Shown here: one piece after another, positions 27,881-38,539 of the stretch
How the letters are laid out: each line of letters opens with the position of its first letter
How positions within the stretch are numbered: position 1 is the first letter of the stretch
DNA from: an uncultured Gemmatimonadaceae bacterium
GTDB lineage: Bacteria; Gemmatimonadota; Gemmatimonadetes; Gemmatimonadales; GWC2-71-9
DNA: 64,000 nucleotides
Direction: 5' to 3'
Assembly (NCBI GenBank): GCA_964613905.1
Contig: CAZTIV010000001.1
Location: 43,923-107,922 of the forward strand
Program-made: the position numbers and the translations under genes
Notes under the pieces: generated by a model
Seen by the model: the letters and a program-made list of their open reading frames with translations, nothing else
What the model was told of the DNA's origin: nothing
Databases searched by the model: none

Positions 27881-28479
27881 AAGCTGCTGGTGCCGACGGA
27901 CGCTTCCATTTCGTCGAGAGCATCCACACAACGATCCCCGAAGTAGTACCGGATCTCCTCTCGCACTCCCCGATAGAGCGTGGGTCCGCTATTCATGCAG
28001 ATCAGTGTGCCGTCCTCGATCTCCGGCGCGGGACACAACACATCATCGTAGTACGTTACCGGGAAGAGGCAGTCTACCATCGACTTGAGATCGTGATAGT
28101 CCAGCCCTCGATCGAGGCAGTACGAATGAATGAGGCAGCCCCTCCCGGTCCGGTTGTGAAATACACACCGGTCACCCTCCACGCGCGTTCGCCTGAGCCC
28201 ACCGCCCGGTACCTCGGGATCCGTTTCCACACCCGGCTCGAACCAGCGGTCGCGCGGTATCCCGGTCCAGCTTTCGAGTTCGGAAGCGTGCGCTTCGATG
28301 GCCCCGACATGTATCAGGTCCACATCCACGCCGTACTGGCAGCATGCATCGCCACAGAACCCGCAAGCAAGGCAGTGGGTGTAATAACGTTGGGTAAATA
28401 TCGCGGGATGCACCCGACCGATCACCGGAATACCGTATCGGCTGGTGAACTTCTCCGGGAGCGGCCGCGACCGAGCCAC
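27877..28479 (-). CDS. Cysteine-cluster protein, YkgJ (CxxCxxCC) zinc/iron-chelating family-like
   Basis: C-LA-C-GF-C-GDA-CC cluster near the N-terminus, then a second region RCVFHNRTGRGCLIHSYC. Confidence 0.5.
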   Translation of the reverse strand: MARSRPLPEKFTSRYGIPVIGRVHPAIFTQRYYTHCLACGFCGDACCQYGVDVDLIHVGAIEAHASELESWTGIPRDRWFEPGVETDPEVPGGGLRRTRVEGDRCVFHNRTGRGCLIHSYCLDRGLDYHDLKSMVDCLFPVTYYDDVLCPAPEIEDGTLICMNSGPTLYRGVREEIRYYFGDRCVDALDEMEASVGTSSF

Positions 28480-28490
28480 GCGTACTGAGG

Positions 28491-30146
28491 TCAGCGCGTG
28501 CCGCGCATGCGATCGCGCGCGGCCCGGAACTCTTCGCCTTCCCGCCAGTTGGGCCAGGCCCGCGACTGAGCAAGCCGGTAACCGACCGTAAACAGCAGTT
28601 GCACGTCATCACGCATGCCGCGCAGATCCCACGACGGATCGTACTCGTCGGTCGTCTGGTGATAACGCTCCGCGGTGTGTCTGGCCACATGCTCGCGCGT
28701 CCAGTCCTCGCCGTGATCCACGTGGTCGATTCCCTCCTTTGGATAAAGCGCCGGCACGCCGAACTTGGCAAAACTGAAGTGATCTGACCGGTAATACGTT
28801 CCCCTCTCCGGCACCGGATCGGGTCGCACGGTGCGGCCCTGCTCCGCCGCCGCCCGATCAACGAAATCGTCCAGTTCCGAGGCACCGTACCCTACCACCG
28901 TGATGTCGTTCATGGGTCCGAAAATGTTCATCGCGTCCATGTTCAGAACCGCAACGGTCTGCGCCAGCGGATACACCGGGTTGGACGCATAGTACTCGGA
29001 CCCGAGCAGACCTCGTTCCTCCGCCGTCACGGCCAGGAAGAGCAACGACCTGGATGGTCTCATCCCGAGGGCGGCAAACGCCTCGGCCAGCACGACCAGA
29101 GCCGCCGTACCTGTGGCATTGTCACGCGCGCCGTTGAACACCGGATTGTCCGGGAACCTCACCGAGTCGACGCCGAAATGGTCCCAGTGCGCAGTGTAGA
29201 TGATGTACTCGTCTGCGCGTCCTGCACCCGGCAGCAGAGCCAGGACGTTGCGTGACGTGGAACGGTCGAGCGTCTGGTCAAGCCGCATTGAGGCGGTAAC
29301 ACCAAGCTCCACAGACCGATGTTCACGGGTCGCCGCCCGGTCCCGCAGCTCACCGTATCGGCGGCCGCTCTGAGCGAACATGGTCTGCGCGGTCTCCAGA
29401 GTAATCCACCCCTCGATGGCCACCCTGGACGCACCACCGTCGGGCGGAACCAGGCTGAACTGCGGCCCCGTCCAGCTGTTACGCACCACGTCCCACCCGT
29501 ACGCCGCGGGCGCCGTCTCGTGCACGATCAACGCGGCCTCAGCGCCCTGGCGCGCCGCCTCCTCGAACTTGTAGGTCCAGCGTCCATAGTAGGTCATGGC
29601 ATTGCCGCGGAACAGACTCGTGTCCTGAGTGGCGAACCCGGGATCGTTTACCAGTATCACAACTGTCTTCCCGCGCACATCCAGGCCTTCGTAATCATCC
29701 CACCCATACTCGGGCGCCACAATGCCATAGCCCACGAAGACGAGTTCGCTGTTGGATATCTCCACGCTTGACTGCTGCCGTTTGGTCCAGGCCACTACTT
29801 CGTCAGCGTAGCGAAAGCGCAGCGTTCGGCCGTCGCCGCGAACCGTCAACTCCGCATCCGGCCGCACCACTGAACGCACGAGTGGTACTTCCTGGAAGAA
29901 GCTGTCTCCATTGCCGGGTTTGAGCCCCAGCTGCTGGAGTCGGTCCCTGAGGTAATGAACTGTGCGCTCTTCTCCGATCGTTGACGGCGCGCGACCCGCA
30001 AATGAATCGGAAGCCAGCACCTTCACGTGACTGTGCAGGGCCTCCGCCGTGATTCGCTCCCTGGCCGCGCCAGGCACGACCGCTTCTCCAGCACAGGCGG
30101 CGATGGTGGCGAACAACGGAAACAGCGAAAAGGCGAAACGGACCAT
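28491..30146 (-). CDS. M28 family metallo-aminopeptidase with PA domain
   Basis: Signal or lipoprotein-like N-terminus (LFATIAAC). M28 motifs TAHWDHFG, NGARDNATGTAALV, FLAVTAEERGLLGSEYY and SDHFSF. Confidence 0.88.
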   Translation of the reverse strand: MVRFAFSLFPLFATIAACAGEAVVPGAARERITAEALHSHVKVLASDSFAGRAPSTIGEERTVHYLRDRLQQLGLKPGNGDSFFQEVPLVRSVVRPDAELTVRGDGRTLRFRYADEVVAWTKRQQSSVEISNSELVFVGYGIVAPEYGWDDYEGLDVRGKTVVILVNDPGFATQDTSLFRGNAMTYYGRWTYKFEEAARQGAEAALIVHETAPAAYGWDVVRNSWTGPQFSLVPPDGGASRVAIEGWITLETAQTMFAQSGRRYGELRDRAATREHRSVELGVTASMRLDQTLDRSTSRNVLALLPGAGRADEYIIYTAHWDHFGVDSVRFPDNPVFNGARDNATGTAALVVLAEAFAALGMRPSRSLLFLAVTAEERGLLGSEYYASNPVYPLAQTVAVLNMDAMNIFGPMNDITVVGYGASELDDFVDRAAAEQGRTVRPDPVPERGTYYRSDHFSFAKFGVPALYPKEGIDHVDHGEDWTREHVARHTAERYHQTTDEYDPSWDLRGMRDDVQLLFTVGYRLAQSRAWPNWREGEEFRAARDRMRGTR

Positions 30147-30198
30147 CAGAGATCTCCGGTATGTGGGTGAAACAGTCTGATCGATAAAGATAAGTCGG

Positions 30199-30792
30199 TT
30201 ACCGCAGGGTGCGCCGTCGGATCAATCGGAGCGCCAGAAGAGCCGACAGCACCACCGCGTAGATGACCGGGCGGCGAAGGTCGGCCTTTACGAGCCAGAG
30301 GAAATGGAGCACGCCCGCCGTGGCTGCGAGATACACCAGCCTGTGAAGCAACTGCCAGCGTCCGCTCCCCAGCCGGCGGACCCAACCGTTCGTGGAAGTC
30401 ACTGCAAGCGGCAGCATCATCAACAGGCCGGCAAACCCCACCGTGATGTACGGTCGCTTCATGACATCCTCAACGATGTAACTGATGGCAAAAACCTGAT
30501 CAAGCGCCACGTACGTCAGAAAGTGCAGCATGGCGTAGAAGAACGCGAAGAGACCGAACATGCGGCGGTACAGGATGACCGGATTCAGGAAAGGCAGGCG
30601 CCGGGCAGGTGTCACGGCAAGCGTGACAAGCAGGAGATTCAGGGCCCACAATCCCGTTCGGTGCGTGATCTCTTCGATGGGGTTGGCACCGAGCCCACCA
30701 CGCACTGCATCCCAACCCAGGAGCCCCGCAGGAAGCAGGCACGCAATGAAGACCAACGGCCTCGCTTTCCTGAAAGCTCGTGCCGGAGTCAC
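30199..30792 (-). CDS. msrQ: Protein-methionine-sulfoxide reductase heme-binding subunit
   Basis: Ferric-reductase-like 6-TM protein (GANPIEEITHRTGLWALNLL, conserved His residues). It begins 4 nt after the msrP stop. GTG start at 30792; the track ORF extends into msrP. Confidence 0.85.
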   Translation of the reverse strand: MTPARAFRKARPLVFIACLLPAGLLGWDAVRGGLGANPIEEITHRTGLWALNLLLVTLAVTPARRLPFLNPVILYRRMFGLFAFFYAMLHFLTYVALDQVFAISYIVEDVMKRPYITVGFAGLLMMLPLAVTSTNGWVRRLGSGRWQLLHRLVYLAATAGVLHFLWLVKADLRRPVIYAVVLSALLALRLIRRRTLR

Positions 30793-30796
30793 GCGT

Positions 30797-31735
<939 letters not shown>

Positions 31736-31778
31736 TGCCAGGACTACTCCCCAGTCGCTTGAATGGTTCCCGCGGCTG

Positions 31779-32951
31779 TCAGACGCCCAGTCGCTCGCGA
31801 ACGGAACCGAGCCGTGCCACCGCGCCCGAGAGCGTATCGATGGTCTTGCAGAAAGCGAATCGAACGTACTTCCGTCCCGATTCGGGACTGCTGTAGAAAC
31901 TGGATCCGGGAACTGGCGCTATCCCGAATTCTGCGGTCAGCCTCTGGGCAAAGGACTGGTCCGACTCTTCGCTGAGCCCCGAGAAGTCGGCCATGATGTA
32001 ATACGCTCCCTCAGGCCGTACGCAATTGAAACCCGCATCAATCAAACCGGCGTGGAGGACTTCCCTCCGGGCCCGGTAATCCTCGGAAAGCGTCCGATAG
32101 TACTCCGGCCCCAGTCGCTCCAGCCCCGCGGCCACTCCTTCCTGGAGCGGCGCCGGCGCACCCACCGTCAGGAAGTCGTGAACCTTGCGTATGGCGGACG
32201 TCACACCTGCCGGTGCCACGATCGTACCTATGCGCCAACCGGTAACCGAGAAGGTCTTGGACGCGCCACTGACCGTGATAGTACGCTCTCGCATGCCCGG
32301 CAGGGTCGCGATGGGAACGTGCTCTCCTTCATATACGATGTGCTCGTAGATCTCGTCGGTGACCACCAGCAGATCCCGCCCGATGGCCTGGGCGGCCAGC
32401 TCCGTCAGTTCCGTACGCGAAAGCACCCGCCCGCTGGGATTCCATGGAGTGTTCAGGATGACGGCGCGCGTACGGTCTGTGATAGCCGCTCCAATGCGTT
32501 CCATGTCAAGCGGGCCCGCCAGCGGCACCGGCACGAACACCGGCCTCCCGCCAGCCAACGCAATGTCAGGTCCGTAGTTCTCGTAGAAGGGCTCGAGTAC
32601 GATTACCTCATCATCCGGGTTCACCACCGCCAGCAGGACCGCCGCCACTGCTTCCGTTGCACCGCACGTGATCGTCACCTCGCGCTCCGGATCTACCTCC
32701 ATGCCATACCACGCAGCGTACTTGGCGGCCACGGCGTTCCTCAGCCGCGCGGATCCCCAGGTCACAGCGTACTGATTGACGTCTCTGGCGATGGCCTCCG
32801 ATGCAGCGGTCTTGATAAGGTCAGGAGCAGGAAAATCAGGAAAGCCCTGCGCCAGATTGATGGCGCCATGCTGCTGCGCAAGCCGGGTCATACCCCGGAT
32901 CACCGACTCGGTGAACCCGTGCGTTCGGCGCGATGTGTGATTCTGCGGCAT
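31779..32951 (-). CDS. Class I/II PLP aminotransferase (YbdL/kynurenine-aminotransferase-like)
   Basis: [10 protein letters not shown] motif and the PLP-lysine region [15 protein letters not shown]. The ATG shares one nucleotide with the kinase stop (TGATG). Confidence 0.85.
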   Translation of the reverse strand: MPQNHTSRRTHGFTESVIRGMTRLAQQHGAINLAQGFPDFPAPDLIKTAASEAIARDVNQYAVTWGSARLRNAVAAKYAAWYGMEVDPEREVTITCGATEAVAAVLLAVVNPDDEVIVLEPFYENYGPDIALAGGRPVFVPVPLAGPLDMERIGAAITDRTRAVILNTPWNPSGRVLSRTELTELAAQAIGRDLLVVTDEIYEHIVYEGEHVPIATLPGMRERTITVSGASKTFSVTGWRIGTIVAPAGVTSAIRKVHDFLTVGAPAPLQEGVAAGLERLGPEYYRTLSEDYRARREVLHAGLIDAGFNCVRPEGAYYIMADFSGLSEESDQSFAQRLTAEFGIAPVPGSSFYSSPESGRKYVRFAFCKTIDTLSGAVARLGSVRERLGV

Positions 32952-35900
32952 CAGGCGGGCACCGTGAACGTCACGGTGGTGGGACCGCCGACCCTACTCG
33001 TTGCATTGATGCTCCCCCCCCATGACTCTACCAGCCGCCGGCATATGGCGAGACCGAGCCCCGACCCGCTGGTCGTGGTGGAGAAACGCGGATCGAATAT
33101 GCGACCGAGGTGTTCGGGAGGGATGCCCGATCCGTCATCTGTCACGGACACGCTGGCTCCACCATCCCGGCTACCGTTTATAGCGATCGTGATCGATCCC
33201 GCACCGGCATTACGTGCGTTCTCCACGAGATTGATAAGTACCTCCTTGAGTTCGTCGCGTCGCGCGCGGCCACTCGCAGGTCCTTCAGATTCAACTGCAA
33301 CGCGCGTGCCTTCGCCCAGAGCATACAGCGCTGCCGCATCACGGCTCACCTCCACTACGTCCACCTCAGCCATAGGCTCTGTTCCGGCCGGCGGTGCCCC
33401 GAATCTCGAGAACGCCCTCGCAATGGCGTCCAACCGTTCAATTTCCGCGAGGATCTGTCGCCCGGTCCGGTCCAGGACCTCGCTGAAGTCACCGCGTGGG
33501 TCCCGGTGCGCCCGCTGAAGATGTTGGATCCCAAGACGGATCGGCGTGAGCGGGTTCTTTATCTCGTGTGCAATCTGGCGTGCAAGTTCGCCCCAGGCCA
33601 GCACCCTTACCGCCCGCGACAGTTCGGTAGTGTCATCGAGCGCGATCACCCATCCCCCCCCGGAACCACGCAACCGAACGGCCTGAATCCTTACCTCGCG
33701 ATCTCTCAGAACGAACTCGCGGGGTTCGGGATCGACACCGCCCGCAGCCGAGTCCGCCACCCAATTCCACACCCCCCTCCAGTCCGACGCAAGTTCCACG
33801 AGCGGCGATCCCGCCGGCAGCGAGACGTCAAGCAGTTCCTCCGCCCGCGGATTGGCGATGACTACCTGCAGATCGTCGTCTACGGCGACCACGCCGGTAG
33901 CCACGTTACGCAGGACGTCGGCCGTCCTCCTTCGCTGGGCTTCCAGCGCCTGCCTGCTGGAAGCAATATCCGACGCCATTCGTCTGAACGCGTCGGCCAC
34001 CGGCACGAACTCCGCTGGTACGGGACTCGCCAGCGCCCGCGGAGCTTCTCCCCTGCCCACCTGCATTGCCGCATCCCTCAGGACGGCCACCGGTCGTGCC
34101 AGTGACCTTACTGCGATGGTCGCGAGCCATGCCGCGGCGCCAAATCCAAGCAGCGTAGCCAGCAGCAAGCCGAAGATCAGGTCCTGTTCACTCTTGAGCA
34201 GGTCAGGATCCTCGACCAGCCTCGGAGAAGCCAGCACCGGCCCGGGAACCCCTGCCGTACCCACCGCCCGATAACTGACCCGCGTCGCTCTCCCGGCCAG
34301 GCGCATGTCGAGTGCAACCCCTGACTCTTCGTGCTCCAACAAACGCAGATGAACCGACGGAGACAGATAGAAATCGACCAGACCGAGTTCAGCCAGGATG
34401 CTCGCACTTGCATGACGCAGCGAGCCGCCCTCGTAGAGGAGGAGGTCCGCCCGGTAACGGCTGCCCATCTGATCCACCAAATCGGGGCTCAACTGCCGCG
34501 CCTGTATGCCCCGCTCCCGGACAGTTTCCGCGGCTTCCCGCAACGCCTGACTCGCCACCAGATCGCGGCTTCGCTGCGCCTCGGCACGCAGGCGACCCGC
34601 CGTCCACGACGCGAACATCACGGTAGGAACCACAAAGAAAACCGCGAGCACGATACCCAGTCGGGCACGGTACGATTTCAGGGACAGCGCCTCCAGCGCA
34701 CCCGGAGAGAGCTTGATCCGGCCCGACAACCCTTCGCTCACGAACCAGAGTACGCCCAATAACGTGGTGCTGAGCACCAGAAGCAGCATTCCCCGCACCG
34801 CCAGGGCGCCGAACGCGCCCAGATCCACAACGAGATGCAGGTGCCGGGTACCATCGGGCAGCGGTATTCGCTCGTCGCCCAACAGGCGCCAGCCCACACG
34901 TTGCCACTCCACGCCTTCCGGATCCGTCCCCAGCGGTTCCACGACGGGATCGGTGAGGTAGGCCTCGTAGGGGGCTGGAAGCCCCGGTTCGCCACTGAGG
35001 AAGCGTGCAATCCTGAGCGGCATGATGACTCGCGAAGGCGGCCCCAGACCTGCCGTGAACGCACTCCCGTCGTCGTACTTCAGTGAAAGCAGGTAGTACG
35101 TCCCGGGTGGCCGCTGAATCTCCGTGATCACCGGAGTTCCGGGTTCGATGGGAACGGCGGAAGCCGGATACAGAAGCGAGGATGGTATGTCGAGGTCCGC
35201 CAGTTCCAGACGGCTCACCAGTTCGCCGGCGGCCGACCACACCGCCAGCACTACGGGATAGCCATCAGTTGCAAGCGGGGACCGGCTCCAGAGAGCAAAC
35301 AACTCGCCCGAAGTCGTCGGCGGCCCCCATTCTTCCGCCTCCCCTGCAAGCCGGTCAAGCAACGCCACTGCAACCGGATCCGCTCCGCGCCTGAGCGCCG
35401 CCGCATCGCGCTCCGCGAGTCTCATCCTGCCCTCGGTCACAGCAATCCAGGTGAGTTGGGCGGCTCCCGCACCTGAAACCACCGACACCGCCACGAAAGT
35501 TCTCAGTATCGTGCCAGATCTCACCGCAACCAGCAGGATGGGCGCCCAGAGCGCCAGCACCCACGCGGACGTATTTCCGTTCGGTACCCAGCCCGCCAGA
35601 CCAAGGGCGGCGGCACCAACACTTCCGGTTGCAGCAATCCAGGGAACCCACGCTGATATACCACGAACACTCGCCCTGAGGGCTCCCGCAGCGCCGAACA
35701 GGAGCGCCGCTCCAACGAAGGTGAGAGCCAGATACCACTGCACCCAGAGCGAGATCCCCGCTCCGACCACAGGGACCGTGATCCCAACCGAAAGGGCATG
35801 AACGAGAATCGGTGTGAGGACCAGGAGGACCAGGGCGATTACGATACCCGTCACCTTGCCAAGCGGGACCGATCTCCACAGGTGTATGGCGCCCACCCAC

Positions 35901-36982
35901 CCCAGGATGCCCGCAACCAGCAGCGCTGCGGCTGATCCCGAGAGCGGTCCGAGAATGCCGCTGTAGTACGTGTCGGGTGTGAACAACGACCCCGGAATCA
36001 ACGTCTGTCCGGCAGGCGTAAGCACCAGCAAACCACCGGTTATCACGAGCGCAGCGGCCCTCGCTGCTCCACTCCCCGCTATCGCGAGCAGCCCCGCGAG
36101 AGCCAGAGCCATGAAGGCCACGGCACGCCTTCCTCTGGCTTCCCGCTCCAGCTTGCGCGCACCCTGGCTGGGCGGAACGATACGCACGCTGAACAGAGTG
36201 TCCGGAACCACATCCGTTACCCCGCAGGCCGGGATGCAGTAGTCGAACACGTCGTCATCGAACGGGGCATGACCGGGCAGGTAAAATTCAAGATCGCTGC
36301 CCACCATTTTCCGGAACCGCGCAGCGACGGAGCTGGCCCTGTCCGGCACCGCGTCATGCACGTCCAACAGCACTCGAGCTGCCGCCGTGACACCAGGCCC
36401 CTGGCGCCTCGCTTCCAACGACACGTAGAATGGGGAGATGTCAACGCCAAATTCCGGTCCGGCAGGTGACAAGAGGGCTCGCTGCCGTCCCCCCCAGGCC
36501 CACGGCTGGCCGCGCCCGTCGAAGACCACCACGCCACGCTCAGGGCCGTTGGTTGCGGCCCGCCCGAGCCTGCCAAACGCCTCCGCCCGCGGCAGGTTGG
36601 CCACGCCGGCCCCTTCTTCGGCCAGATCCCGCACCAATCCAACCGCCGCGGCCAGCGTAGCTTCAAGTTGCATACCAGCCGCCTCAAGCAGAGTTTCCCT
36701 TACTCCGGCCTCATCCTCCCAGCGGGTCTCCACCAGGTGGACATCGCGACTCGTCTTCAGTGCGGAAAGTGCGGCTGCGATGCCCAGCAACCCTGCGAGG
36801 ATGGGGACCATTCGACGAGGGGGGGCCCCAACAGATACCGCCAGGACCGCAGCGACCACGGTCGCGACCGTTCCCCACAGGACCCCCGGATCTCTGAGCC
36901 ATGCCGCCAAGGCGCCCGCAAGGGCCAAACCGACCGGAACCCAATGACCTCTGACCAACGCAATCACCGACGTCCACTCCAC
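32951..36982 (-). CDS. Very large sensor histidine kinase: ~950-aa multi-TM/multi-loop sensing region plus NtrY-like HAMP-PAS-HisKA-HATPase
   Basis: C-terminal ~385 aa (nt 32954-34105) contain HAMP, PAS, the H-box WGELARQIAHEIKNPLTPI (His codon 33566-33568), N-box LINLVENARNAG, and DDGSGIP/GSGLGLA. The upstream part has at least 12 predicted hydrophobic helices in three blocks, separated by two ~200-aa soluble regions. The start is uncertain (GTG 36982/36967, ATG 37078 or 36811). Confidence 0.85.
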   Translation of the reverse strand: MEWTSVIALVRGHWVPVGLALAGALAAWLRDPGVLWGTVATVVAAVLAVSVGAPPRRMVPILAGLLGIAAALSALKTSRDVHLVETRWEDEAGVRETLLEAAGMQLEATLAAAVGLVRDLAEEGAGVANLPRAEAFGRLGRAATNGPERGVVVFDGRGQPWAWGGRQRALLSPAGPEFGVDISPFYVSLEARRQGPGVTAAARVLLDVHDAVPDRASSVAARFRKMVGSDLEFYLPGHAPFDDDVFDYCIPACGVTDVVPDTLFSVRIVPPSQGARKLEREARGRRAVAFMALALAGLLAIAGSGAARAAALVITGGLLVLTPAGQTLIPGSLFTPDTYYSGILGPLSGSAAALLVAGILGWVGAIHLWRSVPLGKVTGIVIALVLLVLTPILVHALSVGITVPVVGAGISLWVQWYLALTFVGAALLFGAAGALRASVRGISAWVPWIAATGSVGAAALGLAGWVPNGNTSAWVLALWAPILLVAVRSGTILRTFVAVSVVSGAGAAQLTWIAVTEGRMRLAERDAAALRRGADPVAVALLDRLAGEAEEWGPPTTSGELFALWSRSPLATDGYPVVLAVWSAAGELVSRLELADLDIPSSLLYPASAVPIEPGTPVITEIQRPPGTYYLLSLKYDDGSAFTAGLGPPSRVIMPLRIARFLSGEPGLPAPYEAYLTDPVVEPLGTDPEGVEWQRVGWRLLGDERIPLPDGTRHLHLVVDLGAFGALAVRGMLLLVLSTTLLGVLWFVSEGLSGRIKLSPGALEALSLKSYRARLGIVLAVFFVVPTVMFASWTAGRLRAEAQRSRDLVASQALREAAETVRERGIQARQLSPDLVDQMGSRYRADLLLYEGGSLRHASASILAELGLVDFYLSPSVHLRLLEHEESGVALDMRLAGRATRVSYRAVGTAGVPGPVLASPRLVEDPDLLKSEQDLIFGLLLATLLGFGAAAWLATIAVRSLARPVAVLRDAAMQVGRGEAPRALASPVPAEFVPVADAFRRMASDIASSRQALEAQRRRTADVLRNVATGVVAVDDDLQVVIANPRAEELLDVSLPAGSPLVELASDWRGVWNWVADSAAGGVDPEPREFVLRDREVRIQAVRLRGSGGGWVIALDDTTELSRAVRVLAWGELARQIAHEIKNPLTPIRLGIQHLQRAHRDPRGDFSEVLDRTGRQILAEIERLDAIARAFSRFGAPPAGTEPMAEVDVVEVSRDAAALYALGEGTRVAVESEGPASGRARRDELKEVLINLVENARNAGAGSITIAINGSRDGGASVSVTDDGSGIPPEHLGRIFDPRFSTTTSGSGLGLAICRRLVESWGGSINATSRVGGPTTVTFTVPA

Positions 36983-37672
36983 TTGAAACGGCTCGCGCCA
37001 CCGACGGTGCGGGAGATTCTGGCCCGCGACAGTCGGATCCTGATCCCTGTGGGAACCACCGAACAACACGGACCGCACATGCCGTTCGGCGCCGACACCT
37101 TCATCGTGGAGCGCCTCGCCGACGACCTGTCCGCCGCCTTCGGTGTGCTGCGCGCCCCCACCATCGAGTACGGCGTCAATTCATCCACCGCCACCACGCA
37201 CCCCGGCAACGCCTGCGTGAGACGCAAGACACTCCACCGATTCATGAACGATCTGATCGGTTCATGGGAGGAGGGTGGCGTTACCCAGTTCATCATTCTC
37301 ACCGCACACGCACACGACCCCCACCAGGAAGCCTTGAGCACGCTGCGCACCAACCGCGCGACGATCCGAACGGTAGACATATTCGCACTCCCATTCGAGG
37401 CCTTCGAGCGGGTTGACATCATACACGGTGGCGAGATCGATACCTCCATTCTGCTCCATATTGATTCGCAGCTGGTCAGCCTTCAGGATGCTCGCGACTT
37501 CGTCCCCGAAGGTCGCGGGACCTCGTATCGAATTCCCACAGCCAGCCCGGGGTCCATTGGCCACCCCACCCGGGCGGCGGTTGAGAAGGGGGCCTCCCTG
37601 TACCATCTTATATACGACCGTATCGCCACCCGGGTCCTTGCCGGATCCGCTCCGGATGCCGGCCACCGGTAG
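36944..37672 (+). CDS. Creatininase (creatinine amidohydrolase) family protein
   Basis: ILIPVGTTEQHGPHMPFGAD is the hallmark metal-binding motif. Start is ATG 36944 or TTG 36983. Confidence 0.82.
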   Translation: MTSDQRNHRRPLHLKRLAPPTVREILARDSRILIPVGTTEQHGPHMPFGADTFIVERLADDLSAAFGVLRAPTIEYGVNSSTATTHPGNACVRRKTLHRFMNDLIGSWEEGGVTQFIILTAHAHDPHQEALSTLRTNRATIRTVDIFALPFEAFERVDIIHGGEIDTSILLHIDSQLVSLQDARDFVPEGRGTSYRIPTASPGSIGHPTRAAVEKGASLYHLIYDRIATRVLAGSAPDAGHR

Positions 37673-37680
37673 GGAGGCTC

Positions 37681-38370
37681 ATGCGCACAGCCAGTCAGCT
37701 CGTCTTCGTCGCCCTGACCATGCTCCCTTCTTCTCCTCTTATGGCACAGGTGCTTGACCGCGGCGTTCTTCTGGTGCGTCAGGGCGAGCAGGTCATCGCC
37801 CGTGAAGAATTCAGCCTGCGCCGGGTCACCGGACCCGACGGGAGCGACGGCTTCGTACTCACGGTGCTCAGTGCATACCCGCCAGACGCTCCAACGATAA
37901 CCCTCATGCCGACCGTAGAATACGGCGCCGATTCGCTCCCCAGTGCAATGCAATTTGACGTTGGCACCGACTCGCGCCACCGGATCCTCGTGGGGTTCGG
38001 CGAGCGGCGCATCACGATGCGCGCCGTCACGGCCACCGGAGGTGAGACCGCCCGGGAGTACCGGGCGAGTCCCCGGGCGCTGGTCAGCGACGATTCCGTC
38101 TTCGCCCTCTACGCGCTCCTCCCCGGCACGGCCTCAGGCGGGGTGGATCTGTTCGCTCCGCGCCACGGAAGGCGCAGCACGGCTCAACTGGAGCGCCGAG
38201 GCACTCAGCAGGTGCTGGTGGGGCGTCAACGGGTCAATCTCTCCCTTTACACGCTGGAAACCGGCACCCAGCGGGTTGAAGTGTGGTTCGACGACCAGGG
38301 CCGCCTCACCCGGGTTGTCGTCCCCGCCCGCGGCATCACGGCGGAGAGGGCAACCGTGCCCGAACCCTGA
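37681..38370 (+). CDS. Hypothetical secreted protein
   Basis: Signal peptide MRTASQLVFVALTMLPSSPLMA/Q. Starts 9 nt downstream of the creatininase gene. No motif recognised. Confidence 0.55.
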   Translation: MRTASQLVFVALTMLPSSPLMAQVLDRGVLLVRQGEQVIAREEFSLRRVTGPDGSDGFVLTVLSAYPPDAPTITLMPTVEYGADSLPSAMQFDVGTDSRHRILVGFGERRITMRAVTATGGETAREYRASPRALVSDDSVFALYALLPGTASGGVDLFAPRHGRRSTAQLERRGTQQVLVGRQRVNLSLYTLETGTQRVEVWFDDQGRLTRVVVPARGITAERATVPEP

Positions 38371-38376
38371 ACGCCG

Positions 38377-38410
38377 TGCGTCAGAATCGTACCACCCTGC
38401 GTCAGAACCG
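38377..38410 (+). promoter_or_regulatory. Direct repeat TGCGTCAGAA(T/C)CG x2, 21 nt start-to-start; candidate operator upstream of the TolC-MacAB cluster
   Basis: tgcgtcagaatcg at 38377-38389 and tgcgtcagaaccg at 38398-38410 (12/13 identical). A third TCAGAACC core sits at 38515-38522, 18 nt before the TolC ATG. Confidence 0.25.
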
Positions 38411-38539
38411 CTGTTCTCACACCTAGGGACCCCTTAATTTCATGAGTCCGCGTAACATGCTGAAACTTCGCCCTGCGACCCGCCGTAGGCTGTGCAATAC
38501 CGGCTGCTCGCATCTCAGAACCTGAATCGGGAACAAACC

